Below, in pieces: positions 63,481-64,000 of a stretch of 64,000 bases of DNA. The notes beneath the pieces are model-generated. The model made no database searches. It worked only from the letters and a program-made list of their open reading frames with translations, and had not been told where the DNA came from. The DNA lies in contig NW_020843829.1 in NCBI RefSeq assembly GCF_003704095.1, positions 868,001-932,000 of the forward strand. The letters run 5' to 3'. The position numbers were made by a program, and so were the translations under genes. The first letter of the stretch is position 1. Each line of letters begins with the position of its first letter. This DNA comes from Pocillopora damicornis (Eukaryota).

Positions 63481-64000
63481 ATCTTTTGACTTCAGTTGCA
63501 CAAATATTTAATCAAGCATGTAGCTGGCTCTGAGATAAATATCACCTCAAAAATATTAAGTTAATATTAATCACGATCAATTGATTTGATTCATTAATTT
63601 TGTTTCCACCAATCAGCTTAGAAAATTTATGGTCAGGATTCACTGTTTCACTTACTTGTTATCATATGGAGGCCTGAAAGAAATGTTAATTTACGTGGCA
63701 ATTTTCACAGAGCTGTTTTTCAATTTCCATCTGTCTTGGAGTGCTGTAATGATGCTACCAGGTAACTTTTGGTGGGTCAGTATCAGTTCTTGGATTCCCT
63801 TCTGAACCTAAGAGAAAGTGTTTTAACCCCTTAACTCCCAGAGGTGATAAGCAATGTAACTTCTTCCTCTAATATGCATACATTATTCAGAAAACAGGTA
63901 ATGAGAATACTCAAACTTTTCATGTAGAAGTTGTCATCTTGATTAAACACCAAATTATTGTAACTAACTAATAAGGAAAAGTGTAGAGGCAAAAGGGAGA

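Overview
Eukaryotic, AT-rich, intron-containing animal DNA. The repeat landscape looks like a stony-coral genome, but that is inference only. About 56 kb is a tandem cluster of secreted animal heme peroxidase genes (peroxidase-cyclooxygenase superfamily; MPO/LPO/peroxinectin-like, with no LRR, Ig, VWC or transmembrane parts). All copies share 7 coding exons plus an inferred non-coding first exon. A young, near-identical subfamily is split by six 100-N gaps into pieces labelled A-G; these most simply reassemble into about 5 genes once two probably mis-oriented contigs are flipped. One complete divergent paralog (H, 51141-56255, 801 aa) ends in an Asp/Ser-rich tail and ...LNDEL*. The paralogs differ most at the termini: pro-region deletion, tail truncation or extension, and gain of a KGD motif. 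Downstream is an intronless LDLRAP1/ARH-like PTB adaptor on the minus strand carrying an AP-2 beta-appendage motif. A truncated Penelope-like element with a GIY-YIG remnant and a degenerate minimal hammerhead ribozyme, plus several MITE families, are also present.
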